The notes under the pieces are model-generated. The model was not told where the DNA came from. It saw only the letters and a list, made by a program, of their open reading frames with translations, and did no database searches. The translations under genes and the position numbers were made by a program. A DNA stretch of 64,000 nt. Origin: Octopus vulgaris. Taxonomy: Eukaryota. Below, in pieces: positions 42,829 through 56,032 of this stretch (position 1 is the stretch's first letter; every line of letters starts with the position of its first letter). The stretch covers positions 81,902,001 through 81,966,000 of the forward strand of contig OX597817.1 in assembly GCA_951406725.2 (NCBI GenBank), written 5' to 3'.

Positions 42829-43774
42829 TTGGGTTGGCTACTAAGCTCCCGCCGTTTTTTTAAATTTTGGAATTTTATTGCGTTTTTAAATCTTGGAATC
42901 TATTTTGATTTTTTTCAAGTTAATTTTAGTTAAACTGTATATTTTCAGATCATTAAAATGGAATGTCAAGTTAAGAAAAACAAGCATTTTCGACACCTCT
43001 TTCTTTTTGCTTTTAATCAAGGTTCTAAGGCCGCAAAAGCTGCTCATGACATTTGTGCAGTGTATGGAGAGGGTGCCATAGCTGAAAGAACCGCTCGTGA
43101 TTGGTATGTCAAGTTCAAAAATGGAAATTTTGACCTTAAAGGCGCACCTCGATCTAGCCGTCCAGTTGAGTTCGATGAAGAGCGATTAAACCAACTTTTG
43201 CACGAAAATTCTCGTCAAACGACAAGGAAATTGGCAGAGAAAATGGAGAAGCATATTCACTCGATAGGAAAGGCTCAGAAGTATGGAGTATGGGTTCCTC
43301 ATGCTTTAAGTGACAACAACAAAAATCAACGAGCCTCAATCTCTGCTGGTTTGCTTGCTCGTCACTGCTCAACTCATGGACACAGGCAACGATTTCTTAA
43401 TCGAATCGTTACTGTCGACGAAAAATTGTGCCTGTACATCAATATGAAGCAGCGCAAGGAATGACTTTACCCGGTAAACAAGCGACACCCGCCGTACTCT
43501 CCTGATTTGACGCCAACAGATTTCCACCTCTTTCGATCTCTTTCAAATGCTATGCGCAAGACTTTCGTTCAATACTGATGCAGAATTGGATCAATTTTTC
43601 GAGTCGAAATCAGTTGATTTCTACCAACGAGGTATTGAAAATCTTGTTGAACGTTGGGAAGAAGTTGTAAACAACAAGGGTGAATACATTATTGATTAAT
43701 TAGTTGTTATTTTTTATTAAACCTTTTAAAAAATTTAAATTTGAAAAAACGGCGGTAACTTAGTTGCCAACCTA
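42829..43774 (+). mobile_element. Internally deleted mariner element
   Basis: TIRs TTGGGTTGGCTACTAAG..CCGCCGTTTTTT and AAAAAACGGCGGTAACTTAGTTGCCAACC. ORF 42958-43464 has an HTH, WVPHAL and RIVTVDEK. YSPDLTPTDFHLF lies downstream. Confidence 0.92.
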
Positions 43775-43885
43775 TGGTAAAAAGGCGTGAAAACACCCAG
43801 TTCGTTCAGTGTCGCACTCCCTTGGGAATTTGGGACATCGATGCTTCGAGTTTGTTGACTCTTCTCGGATCAGACGGGCAACCCT

Positions 43886-44045
<160 letters not shown>

Positions 44046-44195
44046 CCTATCTATCTATCTATCTACCTCTCTGCCTTTCTTGCTGTCTACCTTTTTCCCA
44101 CCTTTTTCCCACAAGAGGGAATTTTTTCTCCACGGTAACTGTGCAGTGTATTTGCCTTTAACAGTTGAAATATGTGACAAACACATTTCACCTAA

Positions 44196-44251
<56 letters not shown>

Positions 44252-44488
44252 CGTGCATAAGGATATTCTTTAAAGAAATGATACGTTTGGTGAGACACTT
44301 TCATACGCCTGACCGCTTTTCACCACCATATCCGTTTGTATTCTCAATGAGCTTTTTGTTACATCTTAGTAATTCAGTTTTTTAAAAAATCTATTTGAAA
44401 TTTTTGTCCTACAAACTTTTTCATTTGTAATTGTCTTGAGCAGTCTTGACAGTGCCCAATCGTTCTCTCCTCTGTCGCCTCATGTGTT

Positions 44489-44523
<35 letters not shown>

Positions 44524-45122
44524 ACGAATTTGACTAAACATGCTTTTCATTGTACTTATTTTTTCCAACAGCTACCTTCCTTCTCGTCTGCTCGTATTTT
44601 GTTTCTGCGTGCACCAATTCAACTAACCAACGTTTGGCTACAAGTTTTATCATTGGAGTACATCCTTCCCCAAATAGCTCTTTGTAATTGTGGTACAAGG
44701 CCAGCAATTTAGAAGGGTAGCTGGAAGCCGATTACATCGCGCCCCGCCACCACCCCAGTACTCAGCTGATACTTACTTTATCCACCCCGCCAAAATATGA
44801 AAGGAAATGTCGACCTTGATGGCATCCGAACTCAGAACACAAAAAAACCCCGGAAGATATACAGCTAAGCATTTTGTCCTGTGTGGCAACGATTCTGCCA
44901 ACAACAGCCAGAGCAACAACAACAACAACAACAATGACAAGGACTGCATTCACACAAGCAGCAGCAGCTGTAGCTGCAACAACAACAATAAATAACAACA
45001 ATAAAAACAACGAAAATGGCAACTGTCACAGTAGCAGGAAGAATATCAACGATCGAAAACAAGGACGATGACGGCAACAGTAACGAAAACAAAAAATGAC
45101 AACGATTACAGCAACAACAGCA

Positions 45123-45310
45123 GTGGAGGCGCAATGGCCCAGTGGTTAGGGCAGCGGACTCACAGTCGTAAGAACGCGGTTTCGATTCCCAGACCGGGCA
45201 TTGTGAGTGTTTATTGAGCAAAAGCACCTAAGCTCTTCGAGGCTCCGGCGTGTGGTGGTGGTGAACCTCGATTGTACTCTTTCACTACAACTTTCTCGCA
45301 CTCTTTCTTA
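45123..45310 (+). mobile_element. tRNA-derived SINE head
   Basis: GGAGGCGCAATGGCCCAGTGG...GTTTCGATTCCC. Confidence 0.8.
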
Positions 45311-46039
45311 TGCTACAAAGCAGAGGAACCACGGTGTGGTAAACTTTCTGACCCTAGTCTAGATTGCGAATCCTCTGTACCCCATTATGGTTCAGCTCTC
45401 CGTTTACGGAATGAGGATAACAACGTAGCTTTCGCGCCGGTGCAACCGCCAGTCTATTGCGTGTGGTGGGTGGATCTTCAGGTTACCACACGCATTCTTA
45501 TTAGCTTAGAGTAGGCTCGAATTAGAGATTATTTTTCGTGGCTAATGGCGTGAGTCCTGATAAGAAGAAGAAGAAGACAACAACAGCAAGAACAATTAAT
45601 ACAAGTGTTCAACTTGCTAGAAATAGCAGGCAATTTTCCTCAAATCAGAGTTAACCATCTTATAAAACACAAAACGAAACAAAGAAAACAGTAAAAAAGA
45701 CACGTAAAAAAGAAAATAAGGATGGACGAATGAGGAAATGTCGAGATCGATCAATGTTTTATGAAAATTGAAGGGTCTGTGTGCTCCATGAGGCCTCACC
45801 TGGTGTTAACAACAACAATATCTTCAGCAACGCCAATTAACATCATTAATAATAAAAATAACAATAATACTAGAAAAAAAAGGGAGAAAAAAACCTCAGA
45901 AAAGAACACAGGCAGTAAAAAGTTTGATTCAGTTCAGGTTCAGTCCGATTGACACCTTATAAACTCGGTGCGACCGAAGCTTTGTCAGTGGATTTGGTAG
46001 ACGGAAACTGGAAGAAGCTTGTCTTGTATATTATATATA

Positions 46040-46126
<87 letters not shown>

Positions 46127-46318
46127 TATATTCTTTTATTTGTTTCAGTCATTTGACTGCTGCCATACTGGAGTACCGCCTTTTAGTCGAAGAAATCAAC
46201 CCCAGGACTTATTTTCTATAAGACTGGTACTTATTCTAGCGTTCTCTTTTGACGAACTGCTAAGTTACGGGGACGTAAATACACCAACATCGGTTGTCAA
46301 GCGATGGGTGGGAGACAA

Positions 46319-46370
<52 letters not shown>

Positions 46371-46433
46371 GACGGGTTTCTTTCAGTTTCCGTCTACCAA
46401 ATCCACTCACAAGGTTTTGCTCGGCTCGTATCT

Positions 46434-46465
<32 letters not shown>

Positions 46466-46815
46466 CGTGAGTATGTATGTATCTACCTGTGACTATGTGG
46501 GACTGTGTTTAGCCCGACCATCGCTTCACAACCGGTGTTGGTTTGTTTACGTTCCTATAGATTAGCAACTCGGGAAAAGAGATCGATGAAATAAATGAAG
46601 TAATGGGCTAAAAAAAAAAAGACGTAATAGGATCGATTTGTTGGAAGACACCCCGAATCCAGTGTGTTTTAGCATGGCCGCTGTCCAATGATTAAAACAA
46701 GAGTAAACGATATGGAATCAAGACATCAATTAGTTTGACAGCAACAGTCGATAGTAACAACTCTAATAACGTCAACGGCCAAACGCAGTAACAATACTAT
46801 TATTATCATCACCAA

Positions 46816-48818
46816 GGCGCAGGAGTGGCTGTGTGGTAAGTAGCTTACTTACGAACCACATAGTTCCGGGTTCAGTCCCACTGCATGGCACCTTGAGCAA
46901 GTGTCTTCTAGTATAGCCTCGGGCAGACCAAAGCCTTGTGAGTGGATTTGGTAGACGGAAACTGAAGGAAGCCGGTCGTATATATGCATATATATATATA
47001 TATATATATATAACGGGAAGCTTTATGAAAATAGACAAAAGACGAAGGCAGGTTTATGGAAATAAACAAAAGATGAAGGCAGGTGGAATACAAACAAACA
47101 ATTGTATTAGTATGGCGCTCAGGAATATAAATGAAACAAGTCTTTAACGTTTCGAGCCTACGCTCTCCAACAGAAAGATACACAGAGAAGAAACACAGAA
47201 AGAAGGAGAGAAAAAAATGCGTGCAGAGGCTAGCGAATCAACATGGCGATCTGATTTCGGCCAGAAGTCAAAGATCAAACGTGAGACGCAAGAGCGAAAT
47301 TAGAGGAGATAATAGGGTTAAATGACCTCGCCCCAACATAAGAGTGTGTGTGTGTGTATGAGAGAGTATTAGTGCGTATGAGAGGTCTGGACGTGTGTAT
47401 GTATATATGATGTGATGTGTAAAGTCGTATGGTGTAGTGTAGAGAGAGGAGATAAGGGAAGAGGGGGGAGGTAAGGGGGAGAGATGAGGGGAGGGGGAGG
47501 GGGAGAAAGAAAGGGGAGAAGAGGGGAGAAGGAAAGGGGAGAAGAAGAGGGGGAAGGGGGAGAAGGAAGGAGAGGAGAAGAGGAGGGGAGAGAAGGGGGA
47601 GAAGGAAGGAGAGGAGAAGAGGAGGGGAGAGGGGGAGAGAGAGCGAGAAGACGAGTGAGGGAGCAGAGAGAAAGAGGGAAGGGGAAGAGGGAAGAAGGGA
47701 AGAAGGAGGGAGGGAGAAAGAGGGAAGAAGGGAAGAGGAGTAGGGGTGAAAGGATGAAGAACTGAAGAGAAGTAGGGGTCGGGGGAGGTTAGATAAGGAG
47801 GGGGAGAGGGGGTTAGATGAGGAGGGGGAGAGTTGAGACCAAATGGCGTAAAAGAGCGAAGAGAGAAGATTAATTCCTGTTCACGGCGCAAACGGGAATC
47901 CGGATGGCCTCTGTGCAAGGACAAACCGAACACAGACAGGTGTTGCAAGGAGTGACCGGTGGAGCGGAAATGGCGTGAGACCGGTGTGTCGTTGGCAAGG
48001 CGGATGTCACAGAGGTGTTCTGCGAACCGGTCAGCCAAGCGGCGTCCCGTTTGTCCGATGTACAGGGAATGGCAGAGAGAGCAAGAGACGCAATAGATAA
48101 TATTGCTGGAGGTGCAGGTGAAGGAGTTGATGCGATAGGGTCGATGATGAGTGACAGTGAGGAGGGTGGTGTTGGAGAGGTAAGGGCAAGTGCGGCAACG
48201 TGGGCGGGAGCAGGGGAACGAGCCAGGTTGGGAGGTAGGGTCAGGGAAGGAGCTATGGACCAAAAGGTCTCGTAAGGTTATGGGCTCGTTTGAAAGAGGG
48301 GAGAGGTCGGTTAGGGAAGAGGTGTGAAGTGGACGGGTTGGACTGGAGATGACGGAAAGCTCGAAGAATGGTGTGTTGGAGAGGTAGGGTCGTGGGGTGG
48401 TAAGTGAGGGGAAAAGGGAGGCGGGAGACTACAGGGCGGGTTCGGGGAGAGAGAGCAGATACACGGTCTACGGAACGTGCTCTGGCAAGGGTGGTGTGGA
48501 TAGTGGTGAGGGAGTATCCACGTAGGATGAAGTGGTGAGCCATACGTTGAGACTGAGTCTCAAAGTCATGGTCGTCACTACAGAGCCTACGTAGACGGAG
48601 GAATTGGGAATAGGGGATATATACATATATATATGCATGTGTGTGTATGTTTGTGTGTCTGTGTTTGTCCTCACCAACATCCCCTTAACTTAGCGGTTCG
48701 GCAAAAAAAACGTTAGAATAAGTACTAGGCTTACAAAGAATAAGTCCTGGGGCCGATTTGCTCGACTAAAGGCGGTGCTCCAGCATGGCTGCAGTCAAAT
48801 GACTGAACCAAGTAAAAG

Positions 48819-48822
<4 letters not shown>
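46816..48822 (+). mobile_element. SINE split by a Penelope insertion (5' half 46816-46978, 3' half about 48620-48822)
   Basis: The two halves together reconstitute the 42399-42797 family. Confidence 0.8.
47012..48617 (-). mobile_element. 5'-truncated Penelope-like retroelement (RT thumb, GIY-YIG endonuclease, HHR-like 3' terminus)
   Basis: IPYSQFLRLRRLCS..F..RGY, CSRPRCRTC, FTCTSSNIIY..YIGQTGR, HF...H and E..I..L...P.GLN. The 3' end has CTGTTGG-A-GAGC-gtag-GCTC-GAAA-CG (47114-47173). Confidence 0.93.
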
Positions 48823-48866
<44 letters not shown>

Positions 48867-49052
48867 CACCCATCCGATACAATAAATGCATTAATTGCAT
48901 TGCAATTATAAACGTTTATGTATTTAGTATTTGGGTACTTAACCAGCAGTATATTGGATAACTGATATCCCATAGTGGGTTACCCTCATAACCCCTATTT
49001 ATATATATTGACAAGGAAGCACTCTGGATTTTGTATATATATATATATATAT

Positions 49053-49318
49053 TGATAAAACGGTAAGATAACAAAAGAAAGAAAGAGACCTCAATATTAT
49101 GTAAATAGAGGAAATGTATCTATACAATATGTTACATTACTCGGTAGTCAAGATAAAACTCTGAGTTTCAGATGCCGAAGTGGAAATCCACAACACCATC
49201 TCTTCGGTTATCTGGCTATTTGAAAACGTAGCCAGATAACCGAAGAGATGGTGTTGTGGATTTCCACTTCGGCATCTGAAACTCAGAGTTTTATCTTGAC
49301 TACCGAGTAATGTAACAT

Positions 49319-49326
<8 letters not shown>
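49053..49326. mobile_element. Penelope-like terminus forming a perfect 98-bp inverted repeat
   Basis: Arms 49121-49218 and 49229-49326 with a 10-nt spacer. Each arm carries CCGAAGA-GATG..CATC-T-GAAA-CTC..GAG-TA. Related to 60781-60995. Confidence 0.8.
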
Positions 49327-49366
<40 letters not shown>

Positions 49367-49751
49367 GTTAATCCAAACAATAAAGCACAAAAAACACAAC
49401 AACGCGAGGACGTGGAACAAATATAGTATTATTGGACGCTCAGGAAAGAAGGAAAGAATGAGGGTTTAACGTTTCGAGCGGAGCTCTTCGTCGTAAACAT
49501 AGGAGAAGGAAAGATCCAGAGAAAGGAAGACCGGTCATTCAAAATGTGACCGCGTGTGTACCATTGGCGTTGTTTTTCTTCCCCTGTCTTCCCTTCTCTG
49601 GATCTTTCCTTCTCCTATGTTTCCGACGAAGAGCTCCGCTCGAAACGTTAAACCCTCCTTCTTTCCTTCTTTCCTGAGCGTCCAATAATACTATATTTGT
49701 TCCACGTCCTCGCGTTGTTGTGTTTTTTCGTGCTTTATTGTTTGGATTAAC

Positions 49752-49752
<1 letters not shown>
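49367..49752. mobile_element. Inverted pair of Penelope-like pLTRs in (TA)n
   Basis: Arms of about 165 bp (49367-49530 and 49587-49752). HHR-like motif at 49623-49682 (+). Confidence 0.85.
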
Positions 49753-49846
<94 letters not shown>

Positions 49847-50325
49847 CCTCTGTTTCTTGACAACCGTTGTTGGTTTGTTTACGTCTCCGTAACCTAGCGT
49901 TTTGGCAATAACGACAAATAGAATAAGTAACAGGCTGTAAGAGAACATACTGAAGTCGATTAATTCGACTAAACTTCTTCAAGGCGGTGCCCCAGCATGG
50001 CCGCAATCTAATGGCTGAAACAAATAAAAAGAAAAAGAACAACAACATCAGTAACCACATCAGCAACAGCAGCCGTTCAAGAATTTAGATCTGGAGATCT
50101 CCATTTCCAGCGACTTCGAGGGCCACCTCCTAGTGGTGCCGTGCGTCAACGAAGAGCCCTCGACTACAACAAGACGACCAAAGTTTTTTTTTTTTTTACT
50201 CCAAGGTCTGGGGTCTCCCGCCCCGAAGCCCTAGACCATCACCTAATCACCCTTACCCGTCTTGTTGCTTAACAACAACAACAACAACAACATAAAACAG
50301 CAGCAGCAGCAACAACAACAACAGC

Positions 50326-50374
<49 letters not shown>

Positions 50375-50402
50375 GCAGCAGCAACAACAACAACAGCAAC
50401 GA

Positions 50403-50485
<83 letters not shown>

Positions 50486-50811
50486 GCAACAGCAGCAGCA
50501 AGAGCAGCAGCCACACCCATTCAGAATATTTTCTCCTACCATCAACAGACCCACCGATTTACGGCGCTACACAAACCCGAACAGCATCACCTGTTTCAAA
50601 AGTTTTTGTCTCACAGACATTTTGGTACCCCTTTTTAGCAACGGATCAGAAGACCAAGATGCGGATGGGAAGACAAAGCACTCTTTTGGCGCTCTGTCTC
50701 TATAAGCATGAACGAGAGTATATACTCTACAGGAGAAACTTTTGCGATCCTTCACAGTTGCGCCGGTGGCACGACCGTACCTTCCAGCCCTTGTCTCTGC
50801 TGCGTCAATTC

Positions 50812-50849
<38 letters not shown>

Positions 50850-51277
50850 CTTCTTCTTCTTCTTCTTCTTCTTCTTCTTCTTCTTCTTCTTCTCTTCTTC
50901 TTCTTTCTCCCCCTCTTTTGCTATAAACCCTCCTCCTCCTCCTCCTCCTCCTCCTCCTTCTTCTCCTCCTCCTCCTCCTTCTTCTTCTTCTTCTTCTTCT
51001 TCTTCTTCTTCTTCTTCTTCTTCTTTTTCTTCTTCTCTTCTTCTTCTTTCTCCCCCTCTTTTGCTATAAACCTTTCACCCACCTCAAAAAAGACTGTTTT
51101 CCCCAAAAGTTATGAATGATAACGTAATATAAAAATACAAATTAAGAAAAAAATCCCAAAACAAACGAGAAAAAACAAACAAGGGAGATAATTCCTCTCC
51201 TACTTTAGAAGATGCTGTCCAGTATATATATATATATATATATATCCACACACAAATATTTATATATACACATATAC

Positions 51278-51318
<41 letters not shown>

Positions 51319-51334
51319 CATATATATATACGCA

Positions 51335-51387
<53 letters not shown>

Positions 51388-51399
51388 ATGCACACACAC

Positions 51400-51459
<60 letters not shown>

Positions 51460-51702
51460 TTATATTACACATACATACTTACTAAATGGGCCTCTTTCGC
51501 TGCTGCGGTGTTTCCGTAATTTTCTTCCTTTTCTTTCCTTCTTTCTCTTTAATTCTTCCCATTTCATTTTTTACGTCGTAATTTCTTCCTCATGTATACA
51601 CATTTCGTTTGTTTGTATTTGTACATGTGTGTGTGTATGTGTGTGTGTGTGCGTTTGTGTGAGTGTGCGCGCGCACACCCACACCCAAACACACAGACAC
51701 AG

Positions 51703-51735
<33 letters not shown>

Positions 51736-52638
51736 TATGTATATCTGTGTATATATATATATATTTTATGTATATCATATTTTCTCTGCAAAAGTAGTAA
51801 GCTGGTGACAAGTGTACTCCCTCTGTAACTGTCTTTCTCTCTTCCTCCTCTTTCTCTCTTCCTCCCCTTTCTCTCCCTCTCTAACATTTTCCATCCCTCA
51901 TCCACCTTCTCTCTCTCTCTCACTCTCTCCTCATTTCTTTATTACGACGTTGCGTGTGTTTTCAACTAATGCTTAACATTATAAGTCACATGCACACAGT
52001 TCTCTAGAAAAGTCGTTACATACATACATACATACATACATAAATACACCCATACATATCAATGTACTGGAATACAAACATACATACATAGACATATGCG
52101 CATACGAAACATATATACATAGATGTATGCGTGCATACATACATACATATACGAATAAACATTTAACCATCCAATCACCCATTTATCCGTTCAGAGACGA
52201 GCAGATGGACAGACAGCCAAACAGGTAGACAAATACGCAAACAAACAGACAGACAGACAGACTGACAGACAAACAGACGGACGGAAAGACAAGCAGACAT
52301 TCTCAGACATGCACTCAAACAAAGCGCGGGATATTGCACTTTACTCCTCCCTTTTTACCATAATAGGGGTTATATACCATAATAGGGTTTTGTGATAGAG
52401 GAATACTAAGGAACGTATACACACGCGTACGTATATACGAATATATACATACACACGTACGTGTACACACACATACGTATGTACACGGAGACGATCACAT
52501 GATATCAAAAACACATGGGCGACAGATACAGTGTGATGGAGGTGTGTGTGAGGGGTGTGTGGAGGGGAGTATGAACACCAAAATATAAACACGAGCAGCG
52601 ACACAAATTGCGCGTATATGTTTGCAAATAAATGTGTG

Positions 52639-52745
<107 letters not shown>

Positions 52746-52749
52746 TCGT

Positions 52750-53175
52750 TTATTATTTTGCTTGCTACAGTCATTAAGCTGTAGCCATTCTGGAACACTG
52801 CTTTGAAGGATTTTAGTCGAAGAAATCGACCCAAGGACTTATTCCTTGTCAGTTTAGTACTTATTCTATCGGGCCCTTCAGTCGAACCGCTATGTTACGG
52901 GGACGTAGACACACCAGCATCGGTTGTCAAACAAGTGGTGGGGGAACAAACATAGACACAAAGACACACACACACACACACATACACACACACACGACAC
53001 ACACACACATATATATACACACACGACGGGCTTCTTTCAGGTTCCTTCTATCAGTTCCACTCACAACGCTTTGGTCAGCCCGAGGCTATAGAAAAAGACA
53101 CCTGCCCAAGTTGTGACGCAGTGGGACTGAACTCGGAACCATGTGGTTTTAAAGCAAGCTTCTTACCAAACAGCC
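52750..53175 (-). mobile_element. Octopus-type tRNA SINE
   Basis: Reverse complement of the 42399-42797 family. Confidence 0.8.
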
Positions 53176-53489
53176 TTTCTGTGTGTGTGTGTATACAGCA
53201 TACATGTATACATGCATACATATATATATAAATATTTGTTTGCATATATACATATATATATGTATATATATATGTGTGTGTGTGTGTATATATGTGTGTG
53301 TGTGTGTGTTTATATATATATATAAGATTAATCAGTTTATATATATAAGATTAATCAGCCGAAATTGCGAGGATGATCCGGTTCTTGACTGAAGATTGAA
53401 GGCTTCGAATGTCCCGTCCGTGTTTTTTATATCGTCTTCTAAATGTTTTGCGTTCTTGTCTCAGTTTGTATTTTTTTACATATACATAT

Positions 53490-53590
<101 letters not shown>

Positions 53591-53661
53591 TATAGGTGGT
53601 GCTATTAAGTTAGACATGGCCTGGGCCAATACTGGCCAAAACCTTTCTAAATTATTCTAAG

Positions 53662-53717
<56 letters not shown>

Positions 53718-53870
53718 AATTTATATATATATATATGCAGTCCAGCGATGGCTAGCAGGCCGAAACTTTGTAGTCACTGTCAACAACATTCCTGTCTAAA
53801 GAAATAATTTTGTACTCTATTAAAGTATAGAATAACCCATCAGATAAACGTAAAATTGCTTTTATTGTAG

Positions 53871-53905
<35 letters not shown>

Positions 53906-54086
53906 TGCGTGTGTGTGTTTGTGAGTGCGCGCGCACATGTGTGTGTGGGGCGGGCGCGTGCGTTTACTTCAGTCGTCCCGTGTTGAACTGTAAAGATTTT
54001 TGTAAAAAGCTGTTTCGTTGTTTGTTTACGTTTTGCTGTCTTCCATTGCGATGGGCGTGTGTTGACAACCGAGCTGAATTAGACTA

Positions 54087-54158
<72 letters not shown>

Positions 54159-55149
54159 GATACTGCTGCTGCTGCTGCTGCTCTCGCTCTTGTTATTGCT
54201 ATTGTTGCTAACACCATCATCACCACGATAAATTCTAGCACAATCGCCACTATGCTAAGCAATACAACCATCGCCAGCATCGCTGCTATCTCTATTATCG
54301 TTACCGCCTCCGCCATGAGGCGACGAGAGGACATCTACGTGCGCAATCCTCCTGCTTGAAATAGCAGTCAAATCTCGCTTAAATCGAACGCTATACAAGA
54401 CAGGACATTATCTAATGTAGTTCTAGTATTAATAGAGTCGGAATGGTCATGCTGAAGTATAAGTCTGATTACTAATTATAGGTAACCAAGGGCTAATCCT
54501 CCCCTTCTCCACACACACACACACCACCACCACCACTACCACCACCACCGTCACCTCCGCCATTATTGCCAACACCACTGTCACCACCACCATTGCCGTC
54601 ACCACCACCGCCGCCGCCGCAGTCGTCACCGCACTACCACCACCACCATTGTCACTTCCACCGCCACCATCACCGCCGCTGCCGCCACCGTCATATTACC
54701 TTTACCATCGTGAGCAGGTGTCATCGCGCACTGTAGCGTTGCGGTAGTGAAGGCACCTCCCGGTTTTTCGACTCGCAAGGTTCCGTCGAGGGTGCTCTTC
54801 ACCGAGTGTTCTTGGTAACCGCCACCACCATTAACAGCACCACCGGTACAACCATCACCACAACCCCCACCAACATCATACCGCTTCACCATCACGTGGC
54901 AGATGCCCTCGTGAACCGCCGCATGGCGGTAGTGCATTCACCTTTCCGGGTTTTCAACCCGCAAGGTTCCGCCGAGTGTGCTCTTTGCCGAACGTCCCTG
55001 GTCGTCACCGTCACCACCACTACCAGCACCATCAACACCACCAGCACAACCACGACCATCACTGCCGCCTCAGCCGATGACGTCGACGGAAGGGTACAGC
55101 TGAACAACTTCCACCTCCAAAGAAAGTGAAGAAAGAAAAAAAAAATCAA

Positions 55150-55560
55150 AATTCACCGTTATGAAATCTGATGTAAGCACGTTCCGCACAAGAAACAAAT
55201 CCTCTTCTTGATCGCATGTGATATGTGATGAAAATTGGAATCTATACAACAATCGAGGGTATTCCGTGGTGTTGCTGAATTCAGATGAACCATCAAAAAT
55301 ACTTTCTCAAACCCAAACGGCATCTGAAGAAGGTTAAGTTAATAATTTGGTTGTTGCCAACTGGGGCCACTTGTTATTATTTCTTGATTGACGGCGAAAC
55401 TATCAGAGAAGAGAAGTATTGTCAAGAAATCAACAGACTGCACCAAGTACTGCAACTCTTGCATCAATCGGAAAGAATAATTTCTTTTCCATGAAAATGG
55501 CAAGTGAACGACGGCTGTTTTGAATGACCTGGGCTATAAAGCAACTTCGTCTCACGCTGA
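55150..55560 (+). mobile_element. Highly decayed mariner transposase fragment
   Basis: ICDENW.LYNN, KPK.H.KKV.L.IW and GETI..EKYCQ.I. Confidence 0.7.
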
Positions 55561-55773
55561 TTACTACTCCTACATGTCTCTCTGAGCGATGTACTATACT
55601 AACAAATTAACACGACCCACATTGTCCATATTCTACATAACAGACGAAACAGTAACACTGGGAACGGGTTTCAAACGCGAAACTCAGAGTACCAACGAAT
55701 TTGAATCAAGGCGTTACGATCCATACATGTAACTCCAAATATATGTGTTGAGTGACCTTCTTTCGTTTGTCCA

Positions 55774-55856
<83 letters not shown>

Positions 55857-55869
55857 ACATACACTCACA

Positions 55870-55938
<69 letters not shown>

Positions 55939-55990
55939 AAATACTCCTTCGAACAGTCGGTCAGTAGCGACGCCTGCTGGACTCGGCTAC

Positions 55991-56032
55991 TTCACATTGA
56001 TAAGAAGCAACAATTCGAAACTAGTCTGTGGA
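55991..56032 (+). ncRNA. Minimal type I hammerhead ribozyme, U3-A8 core variant
   Basis: Stem I TTCACA/TGTGGA, core TTGATAA, stem II GAA/TTC with loop GCAACAA, GAAA, stem III AC-TA-GT (palindrome ACTAGT), GUC cleavage after 56026. Confidence 0.8.

Noticed and set aside
45123-45200. tRNA genes here and at 1464, 16545, 42022 and 61280
   Set aside because: A/B boxes are present but run into repeated SINE bodies, and I could not draw a clean cloverleaf.
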